From IMG/VR virus record IMGVR_UViG_3300044675_007236: DNA of 64,000 nucleotides. The stretch is one strand, 5' to 3'. The stretch is from a virus. Lineage: Duplodnaviria > Caudoviricetes. This document shows, one piece after another, positions 33,752-42,601 of this stretch. A program made the position numbers and the translations under genes. The notes below the pieces were generated by a model that saw only the letters and a list, made by a program, of their open reading frames with translations, searched no databases and was not told where the DNA came from. How positions within the stretch are numbered: the stretch's first letter is position 1; every line of letters begins with the position of its first letter.

Positions 33752-35698
33752 TTAACGTTGACTTTCATTTTCTGTCAACTTCATACCGAACGGGGTTCCG
33801 TCTTGTTTTACAAAAGCCTCAAAAGCTTCTTCCCATGTGTAGCTATCTTCACCGATCCAACAACAGGTGTCGTGGATAGCGTCGATACGATACAATGAAA
33901 ACGTGCTGCTCTTGCGTCTTAATCGCGTGTCAAAAAACGGTTCTGCCTCTTGGCCGTTTAAGAACGGTCGATATTGCTGAGAAATCTCCATGGCGGTTTG
34001 ATCTTTTTCTAAATCTACCACCACTAAGTCAGACAGCTTTTCCGGCCAGTCGTCATCTGGGTTTCCAACTTCTCGACTTTCGATCCTGATCTTACATCCA
34101 TTCGCCGCCTCGGCAATGTTGTATCCGTAGATCGGATGGGTAATGTCCTCTAGCTTTCCATTGACATACAAGGCTTCCCTGTTGTCTTGATCGTTGACGA
34201 TGACCAACTTTTTGACCGGTTCAGGCTCGATCATTTCTCGCTCTTCAAAAACCAAATTGTTTTTCCGCACTAAATCAAACAGATTTTCTGGCCATTCCTT
34301 TACAGGTTTTTTAGCGACGTAGTTTTCAATCCTGACTGCGCGACCTTTTGCAACCTCAGCCATGAAGCAGTCGTAGCTTGTTTCGCTGCTTCGATTCAAA
34401 ACGCCATTGACGTAAAAAACCTGGTCCCCTTTTTGATTGGTCACAACGACGAAATGCTTGCCTGGTTCTGGTTCGGCAGCCACAAGCCGGATCGCTGGCC
34501 ACATATCACGGCTCGCCTCCTCGACTCGATCACCGATCACAAGCCAGTCTTTGCAGCTCAGCGACCAGTAGCCATCAGACGCCAGCCGAGGCTCATCGCC
34601 AAGCAGCCGAAAGCCTTTGGGTACAGGAAGCTCGGATTTGCACGGAGCGATCGGCACTTCGATTCGGCAATGAGCCCAGCGGTGAATGCTGCCTTGCGAA
34701 GCCGTAACGAAGGGGAACCCGTACTCTTGAAAAATGTGAATGAGCAATTTCTTTTCCCAGTTATCGCCACTCCCTTGTCGCACTTCGCAATTGATAGCCC
34801 CACTTGCTAGGTCAGCTAGTGTCGGCGTGCGGTGCTGCTTGGGTTCAGGCTCGTACTTTTCAAGCTCGGAAATTGCGCACCATCGGGAAAAATTTGAGTA
34901 GTTGCTTCGGAACAAATACTCGCTTTGCAAAACGCATGATATTCGCCCGATTGTTCCACACTTAGCGTGATTCGGATTTACGAATCGAACTTGATCGCCT
35001 TGTGCTGGCTTCCAGGGTTCAGGCTTGGTTTCAACAGGCACTTCGATTCGGCATTGGTTCCAATGCCTCTCAATTTCCAAACTCCTGTTCTTGGCCCGAA
35101 AGCGATTAGATACTGAATCGTGAATATCAACCAAAAGCCCTGATATCCATATATCAGAAGTATAGTTTCGCACTTCGCATTCAATCGGACCGTTCCTTAG
35201 ATCAGCTAGCGTCGGCTCTCGATGCTTTTCTGAGGTCGGTTCAGGTTTAACCACAACTGGACTGAATGCTTCAATGACCTCAGCACCAACATTCTTGCCG
35301 ATTTCTTCGACAGGCTCTTTAATCGGTCGGCAGTACCAAGCAGGAGCTGCAACCGCCAACGAAGGAAAAAATCCTTCCCCCAGGTAGTTCCAGCCTGCAC
35401 CCCAGTTAATGAAGTCCCCAGGCATCGGCTCTTCGTTGTCCTCAAGCATTCGGCAGCCGTCCTTGGGAATGCGTGTCGGTGCTGGCTCGACGTACACTTG
35501 GCAATGCGTCCAGTAAGCGTTTCTCGCCGCCCAGTTGCCGTTAATCCACCCCTGCAAAAACGCATCGTCTCGCCATGAATCAACGTCTTCGTTTCGGACC
35601 CTAGCCGGAATCGGCTTGCCAGTCTTTATAATTTCCGCAACATCGTCAGCGGTTGCGTCACGCCAGTTTTCGTCACCTTGCTTTTTTTCATCAGACAT
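33752..35698 (-). CDS. Large multi-module hypothetical protein (648 aa)
   Basis: String of ~50-60-aa modules joined by EPEP/KPEP linkers; modules recur in 12022, 26369 and 36233 ORFs. Confidence 0.75.
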   Translation of the reverse strand: MSDEKKQGDENWRDATADDVAEIIKTGKPIPARVRNEDVDSWRDDAFLQGWINGNWAARNAYWTHCQVYVEPAPTRIPKDGCRMLEDNEEPMPGDFINWGAGWNYLGEGFFPSLAVAAPAWYCRPIKEPVEEIGKNVGAEVIEAFSPVVVKPEPTSEKHREPTLADLRNGPIECEVRNYTSDIWISGLLVDIHDSVSNRFRAKNRSLEIERHWNQCRIEVPVETKPEPWKPAQGDQVRFVNPNHAKCGTIGRISCVLQSEYLFRSNYSNFSRWCAISELEKYEPEPKQHRTPTLADLASGAINCEVRQGSGDNWEKKLLIHIFQEYGFPFVTASQGSIHRWAHCRIEVPIAPCKSELPVPKGFRLLGDEPRLASDGYWSLSCKDWLVIGDRVEEASRDMWPAIRLVAAEPEPGKHFVVVTNQKGDQVFYVNGVLNRSSETSYDCFMAEVAKGRAVRIENYVAKKPVKEWPENLFDLVRKNNLVFEEREMIEPEPVKKLVIVNDQDNREALYVNGKLEDITHPIYGYNIAEAANGCKIRIESREVGNPDDDWPEKLSDLVVVDLEKDQTAMEISQQYRPFLNGQEAEPFFDTRLRRKSSTFSLYRIDAIHDTCCWIGEDSYTWEEAFEAFVKQDGTPFGMKLTENESQR

Positions 35699-35737
35699 TT
35701 GCAGTTTGCCCTTTCAGGGTCTTGGGTTTACGAATCG

Positions 35738-35757
35738 TCCGTGTATCTAACGCCACG
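35738..35757 (-). promoter_or_regulatory. 20-bp motif CGTGGCGTTAGATACACGGA (copy 1)
   Basis: Exact copy at 36185-36204; 40 nt upstream of ATG at 35698. Confidence 0.55.
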
Positions 35758-35766
35758 AATCAAAAA

Positions 35767-36144
35767 TTAAAAAATTTCGTCGCAGTGATCTATAACGTTA
35801 AAACCAGCCTCGTTTAGTTTGGATTGTAAAAAGCCATACAGCATGCCTAGATTTGCATTTGTGGTTTCGCACCCACCACGAGAGTCGCCACGAGCGTTTC
35901 GCAACTCCAGAGCATAAATCGGAACATTGTCATTTTGTGATGGAGCAGAATCACCGCAAGGATCAACAAACGGCGTGAGTCGCAGGATATCGTCATCACA
36001 GCCCGAGGCCATGATATAGATTGTATTGAGATCGTAATCACCACCCCTTTCTGCGGATACTTCCATTTCGCACTTGACGGGCGATTGATCCAAAATTTCC
36101 TTGAGTATTACACTGCTCCAGATGTTTAATTGATTTTCAGACAT
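35767..36144 (-). CDS. Hypothetical protein
   Basis: ORF with AAGG upstream. Confidence 0.6.
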   Translation of the reverse strand: MSENQLNIWSSVILKEILDQSPVKCEMEVSAERGGDYDLNTIYIMASGCDDDILRLTPFVDPCGDSAPSQNDNVPIYALELRNARGDSRGGCETTNANLGMLYGFLQSKLNEAGFNVIDHCDEIF

Positions 36145-36184
36145 GTTAACCTTTTCGTTTTCCTGCTAGAAGAATATCTAAATA

Positions 36185-36204
36185 TCCGTGTATCTAACGC
36201 CACG
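36185..36204 (-). promoter_or_regulatory. 20-bp motif CGTGGCGTTAGATACACGGA (copy 2)
   Basis: Exact copy at 35738-35757; 41 nt upstream of ATG at 36144. Confidence 0.55.
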
Positions 36205-36232
36205 GACAGTTGTAAAAAAAACTTAGCACAGT

Positions 36233-37273
36233 TTACGATTCTATCGGTTCGTCCAACACCAGATAGCCACCTGCCTGCCGCATCGTCGATCCTGGGTAGT
36301 GCTTCTCCAGCATATCGCCTAGTTTGCCGAGTACGATCGCAGGGACCGGTAGCCTGATCTGCATGATCGGACGAACTTCGATTGGATTTGAGCCGAATAC
36401 GCTTGCTGGTACGCCGCAGCGATCCATTGCGTATTCGATTTCATCTTTCTTTGGTTCCCATTCTCCCGACGGGTCCTCCAGTTGCTTTCCGTCCAACTTT
36501 CCCAAGTCCGAAAGTCTTCTTGGCCATTCCTCAGGGGCTGAAACCTCATAGCTGTCAAACCTGATTAAAGAACCCTTTGCAAGCTTGGCAATGTTGGTTC
36601 CGTAGATGGTTTCATCGAAGTCTTCCAAAATTCCGTCAACGTAAAGCGCTTGATCGCTTATCTCGTGATCACACACAAGGACCAACTGTTTGAACGGTTC
36701 GGGCTCATCAACTTGACCTGATTGATACTTTGCCCCGGCTTGGAAAGCTTGCCAATATTGCTCGATTCCAAGATCAAGATATCGACCATCGCCGTGAGTA
36801 CGTAATTGATCAGCCTTCCATCCGTACCGCTTGAACATCTCGTTCTCAAAAGAATACCGCATCGAGCCAGTTAAGACCGGTTCGGGCTCTTCGACCACAA
36901 ATCGGATCGCTGGCCACTTGTCACGGTTCGCAATCTCGACTCGACCTCCGATCAGAATCCAGTCGTGGTAACTCCAGTAACAATCAGACGCCAGCCTAGG
37001 TTCGTCGCCAAGCAATCGAAAGCCTTTGGGGATAGGCCCGACATCTTTGTGTTGGTCGGCGTGCTTGCCCGGTTCTGGCTCGATAGGAATTAAGTCGTAT
37101 TCGCTTTCAATGTGGTCCCCTTCATACCTACCATTTCGATTCCACGAACACCATCGAATGTCGTAAGTATTTTCGCTCATTTTCAAAGTTCCTTGAAGCG
37201 GCCACCTGTCATTGGTACTCGTCCAAACACTGAGAACAGGATACCCACCCCTAGATTCAGTTTTCCAACTCAT
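36233..37273 (-). CDS. Multi-module hypothetical protein
   Basis: PKGFRLLGDEPRLASD and LV.V.D...ALYV.G modules shared with 33752; KRYGW module shared with 12022. Confidence 0.7.
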   Translation of the reverse strand: MSWKTESRGGYPVLSVWTSTNDRWPLQGTLKMSENTYDIRWCSWNRNGRYEGDHIESEYDLIPIEPEPGKHADQHKDVGPIPKGFRLLGDEPRLASDCYWSYHDWILIGGRVEIANRDKWPAIRFVVEEPEPVLTGSMRYSFENEMFKRYGWKADQLRTHGDGRYLDLGIEQYWQAFQAGAKYQSGQVDEPEPFKQLVLVCDHEISDQALYVDGILEDFDETIYGTNIAKLAKGSLIRFDSYEVSAPEEWPRRLSDLGKLDGKQLEDPSGEWEPKKDEIEYAMDRCGVPASVFGSNPIEVRPIMQIRLPVPAIVLGKLGDMLEKHYPGSTMRQAGGYLVLDEPIES

Positions 37274-37455
37274 TTTTTCACCTTAAAAGCCTTTTTAAAA
37301 TCTTCTGTTCGAAACTCGATAAGCTCTACCTCGTCCACCGACGGGTGTATGTACCCGTCGACAATAGCTTGCACAATTTCTCTGATTTTGGAATCTTCAC
37401 CGTCTAGAGGATCTATTAAACCAATTCTCACAGTCACATCGATAGTGTCAGTCAT
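37270..37455 (-). CDS. Hypothetical protein
   Basis: Overlap-coupled at both ends. Confidence 0.55.
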   Translation of the reverse strand: MTDTIDVTVRIGLIDPLDGEDSKIREIVQAIVDGYIHPSVDEVELIEFRTEDFKKAFKVKK

Positions 37456-37736
37456 TAATTTAAGTCCTCCAAGCCGGATAAAGCGTCGTTTACCTTGTTT
37501 TCCAAAGCAACCAGTTTTTGACTCAAAACCGCAATTTGTTTTTCAAGAATGGCATCTACTGCGTTCTGTATTTCTTTGTCTGTAAAAACAAAAGTCATGT
37601 CGATATCGTTTTCTAAACTGTCTAAAGCTTTAATTGTGTAGCAGTGGGCGTTGTAAAGTATGTTTCTTGCCTTGTATAACTTTTTTTGTTTTTCTTCTAG
37701 ATCTTTAACTGCTGCAATGACTTCGTGCAAACGCAT
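37455..37736 (-). CDS. Coiled-coil hypothetical protein
   Basis: Heptad-like L/V/I periodicity. Confidence 0.55.
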   Translation of the reverse strand: MRLHEVIAAVKDLEEKQKKLYKARNILYNAHCYTIKALDSLENDIDMTFVFTDKEIQNAVDAILEKQIAVLSQKLVALENKVNDALSGLEDLN

Positions 37737-37747
37737 GTGTTAACTCC

Positions 37748-37774
37748 AAAAAAAACCCGCCAAAATTTGGCGGG
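37748..37774 (-). terminator. Intrinsic terminator
   Basis: CCCGCCAAA/TTTGGCGGG stem followed by a T8 tract on minus strand. Confidence 0.8.
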
Positions 37775-37809
37775 CTAGTGAAAGAAAAATCGACGCATTA
37801 AAAAATGTT

Positions 37810-38316
37810 CTAGGTTAGAACTTCTTGTGCGGCTGCCCAGTTATTAACATAACCTTGTCTTTTGTGAAGCTCCATAAGCACTTGAACTCGATTGTCTACC
37901 GCCCACAAACGGTTCAGCTTTTCATGATCACTTTTGTCGAGCGTTTGTAACCCCATCAAACAGCCGTTGGCTTTTGCAAACTCGTGAAACTCATTTGTAA
38001 GGAACATCTGCTCTAGAAGATCGGTCAGCTTCAACATACCAGCATCTAAGCGAGGCTGCGGCATATCATGCTCAAGGCAGACACGTTTAAAACCGTTTAG
38101 GTAATCCACTACAACAACACGGTAGTCGATAAGACAACCTGCGTATGCTCTGTCAAAAATGAAACAGTCTAACAGTTTTTGCAGCCAATGGAACGTTGAA
38201 TTTTGAAAAGGCTCTGTAGGCTTTTCGTCGCGAATAACCGCGTAAAATTTTTCCAGTATGTCTGAGTCAAATGTGTGATACATCAGCATAATAAGTCCTT
38301 GGTAACTAAGTGTCAA
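37810..38316 (-). CDS. Hypothetical protein
   Basis: ORF in operon. Confidence 0.55.
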   Translation of the reverse strand: MTLSYQGLIMLMYHTFDSDILEKFYAVIRDEKPTEPFQNSTFHWLQKLLDCFIFDRAYAGCLIDYRVVVVDYLNGFKRVCLEHDMPQPRLDAGMLKLTDLLEQMFLTNEFHEFAKANGCLMGLQTLDKSDHEKLNRLWAVDNRVQVLMELHKRQGYVNNWAAAQEVLT

Positions 38317-38318
38317 CT

Positions 38319-38618
38319 TTAGGAAAGAGAAGCAGGTTCTTCTTCTGGCTCGTACTCAGGGCAACCTACTGTCATGCAAAAACCTTTTGATCTTATGTTA
38401 GTAAGATGTACGTCGCACCTACGTGCATAGTAGCCTAACGCTCTAAAGTGATCCAACGCCAGATCTGCTACTTCGTCTGACACATCAGGTACATCGACGG
38501 AGCAGGCGGTTCTACCTGCTTTTAATGCAGTCTGCAGTGTTTCGGTCAACAACAAGACCAAATGCTCTAGGGCGTAGATTTTTGCGGCTTTTGGTCCAAG
38601 ACCAACGTTAAAACTCAT
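38319..38618 (-). CDS. Hypothetical protein
   Basis: Tightly packed ORF. Confidence 0.55.
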   Translation of the reverse strand: MSFNVGLGPKAAKIYALEHLVLLLTETLQTALKAGRTACSVDVPDVSDEVADLALDHFRALGYYARRCDVHLTNIRSKGFCMTVGCPEYEPEEEPASLS

Positions 38619-38625
38619 GATTAAA

Positions 38626-38859
38626 CTACCTCAAAATTACAACATCTTCCAATGTCTCGACCCAGACCCTAGCTCCACAGCTAAGTGGTTTATCCGGTGA
38701 GTACTTAACCAAACAGGGTCCAGGTATATGCACCTCGTGCGCGTACCTGTTTGTCTTGCCTTGTTTGACGGTTATAACAGGTTCGTCTGCACCTGTCTTT
38801 AAATTTTTGCGTATAACCGCCTGATTTACGTGCACAATCGTTTTCGCTTTTCTGGCCAA
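38626..38859 (-). CDS. Conserved phage hypothetical protein
   Basis: IHVNQ.VIRKN.K.G..EPVITVK...YSPDKPLSCGARVWVET-type pattern recalled from many phages (not searched). Confidence 0.65.
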   Translation of the reverse strand: MARKAKTIVHVNQAVIRKNLKTGADEPVITVKQGKTNRYAHEVHIPGPCLVKYSPDKPLSCGARVWVETLEDVVILR

Positions 38860-38861
38860 AG

Positions 38862-39200
38862 TTATTCTCCGTCGGCTATTTCAAGATCAACTGTAGTAGC
38901 CTCGTTGTGTTGCTCGATAGTGTACCAGTCGTTGTGTGTCACTGTATCTTCCTCCAGGTCGTAAGTAACATTGTCACCGAAGGCGTCACCGTCACCGGCA
39001 CCGCCGTAGGAGTAAGCTTCTTGTGCCCAATCTTCAATCTTATCTGAGAAGTCACCATCGTCGTCGCAATAGCCTGGATCAACGGATACTTCCAAATAGC
39101 CTTCATCGCTACCGCCTGAAAATTCAAGCAAAATCTTTTTTACTCCCAGCTGTTTGGCTTCCTCGTACAACAACTTCGGTAGAGGCAATACAAATGTCAT
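38862..39200 (-). CDS. DUF6878-like protein
   Basis: ILLEFSGGSDEGY...GGAGDG pattern (family from memory). Confidence 0.5.
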   Translation of the reverse strand: MTFVLPLPKLLYEEAKQLGVKKILLEFSGGSDEGYLEVSVDPGYCDDDGDFSDKIEDWAQEAYSYGGAGDGDAFGDNVTYDLEEDTVTHNDWYTIEQHNEATTVDLEIADGE

Positions 39201-39201
39201 G

Positions 39202-39570
39202 TTATTCTTTTCCTTCGACTTTTAGGGTTTTAGACAACTTAACTCCGACACGCGTCATCCACGGCTGTGGTGTAATGTTTTGCAGCCAATCTTTCATACT
39301 TGGAATAAATCCACAATCCTCGGTAACATGCTGCTCACCAATAGCCCTAACTGGAACTGTCCTATTGTTGGAGTTGGTTATAGTGACGCCAAACTCCCTT
39401 TCACACAAGAAGATACCCTCAGCGTGATGTCTGATGGCCCTGTGTCTAAAGTCAGCATAGGCCGACTTACTCTCATCAAACCAACTGTGTATCGCCAGAT
39501 AATCCTCTGGCACACCTCCCCACTTCTTTACCGAAGACAGGGAATGATTATAAGGATGTGACATAGCCAC
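39202..39570 (-). CDS. DUF6915-like protein
   Basis: HPYNHSLSSVKKWGG..EDY..IH.WFDESK...RHRAIRHHAEGIF...EQHV.ED.G.IP (family from memory). Confidence 0.65.
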   Translation of the reverse strand: MAMSHPYNHSLSSVKKWGGVPEDYLAIHSWFDESKSAYADFRHRAIRHHAEGIFLCEREFGVTITNSNNRTVPVRAIGEQHVTEDCGFIPSMKDWLQNITPQPWMTRVGVKLSKTLKVEGKE

Positions 39571-39575
39571 CCTTT

Positions 39576-39842
39576 CTAGCCGAGCTTGCCGTCACTTATC
39601 TTCTTCAAATAGTTTTCAAACTCGTGCTCGCTATAGAAAACAACCAAGTCGGAAAGGTGTTCAGCAGCGAGCTGAACGCCTGTGTATTCCGCCCGCAAAG
39701 TTACGCCACCTTCAACGTATACCAACGTCCACTGTTGATCTGTATAGTCTTCAAACAGTCTGTCATGTATCTTGCGGACAGGAATCCTCTTATCGTTTCG
39801 AGGTAACCCAAGCGATTGAAGAACCAGTTGACGTCGGCTCAC
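39576..39842 (-). CDS. Hypothetical protein
   Basis: ATGA overlap with upstream gene. Confidence 0.55.
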   Translation of the reverse strand: MSRRQLVLQSLGLPRNDKRIPVRKIHDRLFEDYTDQQWTLVYVEGGVTLRAEYTGVQLAAEHLSDLVVFYSEHEFENYLKKISDGKLG

Positions 39843-40270
39843 TCCAGCAGCCCCGCTGCTCGCATATCAGATAATAAGTCTTCTGCAGCATTTAGAACAG
39901 ATTCATAGCCATTCGAGTGATGGCCTTCGTAAGCTTTGTTTCGAACGAATGCGGCTTTCTTTTCAGGTAAGCCGTCCAAAAGAGCCGCAATCGCTTGTTC
40001 ATATTCATCAGATGTTAGGGCCAAAAATGGTAAATCTCGCGTCACGTTCAAGCACACTTGTCGTCGCACGTCGCCTTTATCAACACAAAGTCTTTCAACT
40101 TTTACGTTGACCGTTTTCGGCGTAGATCGATGAACATAGACACCCATCGATTGTATTAGATTTCGGCTTGCAACGTCCATCTCCCAGCTAGCCTTGTGGC
40201 TTTGGGAGCCTTCGTAAAACCATTCGTATAGTTGGTCGTTGTAAATGCAACTTGCTACGTAAATTGTCAT
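39839..40270 (-). CDS. Hypothetical protein
   Basis: ATG at 40270 overlaps the upstream TGA; ORF-track start 40432 overlaps a membrane gene. Confidence 0.55.
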   Translation of the reverse strand: MTIYVASCIYNDQLYEWFYEGSQSHKASWEMDVASRNLIQSMGVYVHRSTPKTVNVKVERLCVDKGDVRRQVCLNVTRDLPFLALTSDEYEQAIAALLDGLPEKKAAFVRNKAYEGHHSNGYESVLNAAEDLLSDMRAAGLLE

Positions 40271-40542
40271 GGTTTTCTCCTGAACTTTGTTTTGATCGTG
40301 TAGCGTAATTCTTTCAAAAGCAGCGGGATACATGCAAGCGACGCGGCTACGGCTGCAGCAGCAACAACCAGTAACACCAGCGATAACCCCATAACAGGGA
40401 TTATCCAAATCGGTAAAGTAGCTATCCACCAAGGCCAGTCAATTACGTTTGCTAGTCTAAGTGTTACAAACACTATGCCTATCACAAACAAAAGTGAATA
40501 AGCATTAATTAGATAGTGAGGTCTTTCTGAACTGTTTTGCAT
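40267..40542 (-). CDS. Membrane protein
   Basis: LLFVIGIVFVTLRLANVIDWPWWIATLPIWI. Confidence 0.65.
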   Translation of the reverse strand: MQNSSERPHYLINAYSLLFVIGIVFVTLRLANVIDWPWWIATLPIWIIPVMGLSLVLLVVAAAAVAASLACIPLLLKELRYTIKTKFRRKP

Positions 40543-40763
40543 TTTGTCCCTTTCACATCTGTTTGTACCGGAAAAATCGAATCGCACTTACGGTAGCAGA
40601 AGATTTTCTTAAGTTTTACTCTTGAACCTCCTGACGTATACCAACCTGGCTCACCGTAATTATCAGAGAAACCCGCAGGTGTGCCCCAGTACAACACTAC
40701 GAAATCCATGTCTCCATTTTCAAACTCGACTTCACAAAGATATCGCGTACCGTCTTTTTTCAT
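40509..40763 (-). CDS. Hypothetical protein
   Basis: ORF with AAGGA upstream. Confidence 0.5.
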   Translation of the reverse strand: MKKDGTRYLCEVEFENGDMDFVVLYWGTPAGFSDNYGEPGWYTSGGSRVKLKKIFCYRKCDSIFPVQTDVKGTKCKTVQKDLTI

Positions 40764-41001
40764 TTTGTTCCTTTCAAACTACCTCTAAGTTGTATAAATT
40801 TAGCTCGTCTGCCGTCGGAAGTCTAAAATGCTTCGGTAAGAAAAGTTCATCGGGGCGTCCTTTCAATGACATGTACATACGTTCGCAAATTGTAGTAATT
40901 CTGGTTACTCTAAAAAAGTAACACTCAACGAGTCGAATTGATAACGTTTTAGCACAAACAACAACATCACTCTTTTCTGGTACCCAAGCTTTTGTCTGGG
41001 C

Positions 41002-41370
41002 TTAAGGTGTTTTAATACGCCGCCGTAGCCATCGCCGTAGCCGTAGCCGTAGCCGTTGCCGTAGCCCCAGCCGTATCCGTCGCCGATATGTCTCAACGCT
41101 ATACTTGCCTACAGCATAGCTCACAAGAGATGTAGGTTGCCAATCGAGGCTAGCATAACTAAAATATTCATCACCTTTTTTGACCGTTTCACCTTCGTTT
41201 AAAAACCGATAGTCGTCGCCAACAACCCGCTTTGTCGTAAGCTTGGTTCTACACCGACTTTCCGTTTTTACTTCGGAGCATGCTGCTAAAGCCGAAACCT
41301 TTGCAGCTGCTATTTTCGATGGCTTGGCGACATTGTAACTACCACCAAGCTTTCGCACTATTCTCGGCAT
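41002..41370 (-). CDS. Hypothetical protein with Arg/Leu-repeat tail
   Basis: YRFLNEGETVKKGDEY domain; tail encoded by a GGCTAC-type repeat. Confidence 0.55.
   Translation of the reverse strand: MPRIVRKLGGSYNVAKPSKIAAAKVSALAACSEVKTESRCRTKLTTKRVVGDDYRFLNEGETVKKGDEYFSYASLDWQPTSLVSYAVGKYSVETYRRRIRLGLRQRLRLRLRRWLRRRIKTP
41021..41085. repeat. Degenerate 6-bp tandem repeat (GCCGTA)n
   Basis: Reads GDGYGWGYGNGYGYGYGDGYGG in one minus frame and RLRL in another. Confidence 0.85.
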
Positions 41371-41374
41371 GATT

Positions 41375-41695
41375 TCACCTGAAAAAAGTCCAGCCTTGAC
41401 CTGGTAAAGCTTCTAACACGCGTTCTTTTGCTTCGGTTCGACTACCAGCCCTAACAAAAACACGTATTTGGTTTTCATTGGCTGTATCGTCCGGTGAAAA
41501 AGCACAATACAGATTCGCAGGGCCACCCCAGTAAGCTCCACCGACATCGTAACAAGCGTCTTGAAATTGCACTTTCTGCAAGTGCAGTTTCTCTGGATCA
41601 CCTTCAACCCAGTTTCTACGCCCCATATCGGCTCCCCAGCTCGAGTAACCTTTGTTAACAGGGAGTGCTAGAATTTTGTTGATACTTGCTGTCAT
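41375..41695 (-). CDS. Conserved phage hypothetical protein
   Basis: GADMGR...YDVGGAYWG motif; ATG at 41695. Confidence 0.6.
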   Translation of the reverse strand: MTASINKILALPVNKGYSSWGADMGRRNWVEGDPEKLHLQKVQFQDACYDVGGAYWGGPANLYCAFSPDDTANENQIRVFVRAGSRTEAKERVLEALPGQGWTFFR

Positions 41696-42026
41696 CTGAA
41701 GATAATCCTCTATACTCAGGTCGCCTAATTCCGTATTTAAGAACAACAACGCTGTTGTCTTTCATTCGAACGTAGTTGTGATATTGCCTACAGAAAACCA
41801 TCTTTTGATAGTCATACGAGTTGCGTATGCCGCGTTTTCGCCATTCGTTTTTAATGGCTGCGTCAACATACTCGTCATTGAAACCAAAAGCGGCCACTTC
41901 TTCCGGGTCGATGCCGTGGGTTTTGACTTCTTCCCACATGTTTAAAACCAGAAGCAAGTGTTGTTGTTCTTCTGTTTTAGATCGCATCGAATCAATTATT
42001 TGATTAGCTGACATGTTGTTACCCAA
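41655..42026 (-). CDS. Hypothetical protein
   Basis: ORF in operon. Confidence 0.5.
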   Translation of the reverse strand: MGNNMSANQIIDSMRSKTEEQQHLLLVLNMWEEVKTHGIDPEEVAAFGFNDEYVDAAIKNEWRKRGIRNSYDYQKMVFCRQYHNYVRMKDNSVVVLKYGIRRPEYRGLSSDDSKYQQNSSTPC

Positions 42027-42142
42027 TTACAAAACAAAGAACAACACCTACGCATAAACCAAGAAACAAAACAGCTGCCGTAATAGCAAAAAATTCAAAG
42101 CTATTGGACGCTTTTTGCTGATCTTTATAGTCAAGTTCATCC

Positions 42143-42601
42143 TCAATGTCCTGTAGCGATTTCATGCTTTTCCTTTTTATCTTTCGGAATCGTGAGATTG
42201 TATCGGCGTGCCGCCTCAATGTAATGATAACGCAAATGCTCTACTGGTCGATTCCAACCGTCAGTAAAGGCATCTACGAGATCGTCGTGTAACATAGCCT
42301 GAAAGTCGTCTAAACTAGAGCGAAAGCGACCAACAACGTCTTGGTCGAAAAGTTCACAAAAATCGTTCTCTCTAACAACTTGGCCAAAAGACATTTCTTT
42401 ACTTTTTAGTTTCTCAGCAACATCGTCTGGTAGAGATAAACCAATTGCACAGCGTCGTCCACACGGCGTTAAATACCAGCAACGACCGTCACGGAATGCT
42501 GGATTTTTTTTCTCTATAACAAAAGCCTGCCACGCTTTGTCAAATATCGATTGCAAAGTAATCTTTTCAATCATTTTATTCTCCTGGAATTGTAAGTCCA
42601 T
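42143..42601 (-). CDS. Hypothetical protein (paralog of 42576-42989)
   Basis: EKITLQSIFDKAWQAF...GRRCAIG...FQ..LHD. Confidence 0.65.
   Translation of the reverse strand: MDLQFQENKMIEKITLQSIFDKAWQAFVIEKKNPAFRDGRCWYLTPCGRRCAIGLSLPDDVAEKLKSKEMSFGQVVRENDFCELFDQDVVGRFRSSLDDFQAMLHDDLVDAFTDGWNRPVEHLRYHYIEAARRYNLTIPKDKKEKHEIATGH

Noticed and set aside
33752-37273. Diversity-generating retroelement behind the repeated modules
   Set aside because: No reverse transcriptase in the window, and differences between copies are not confined to adenines
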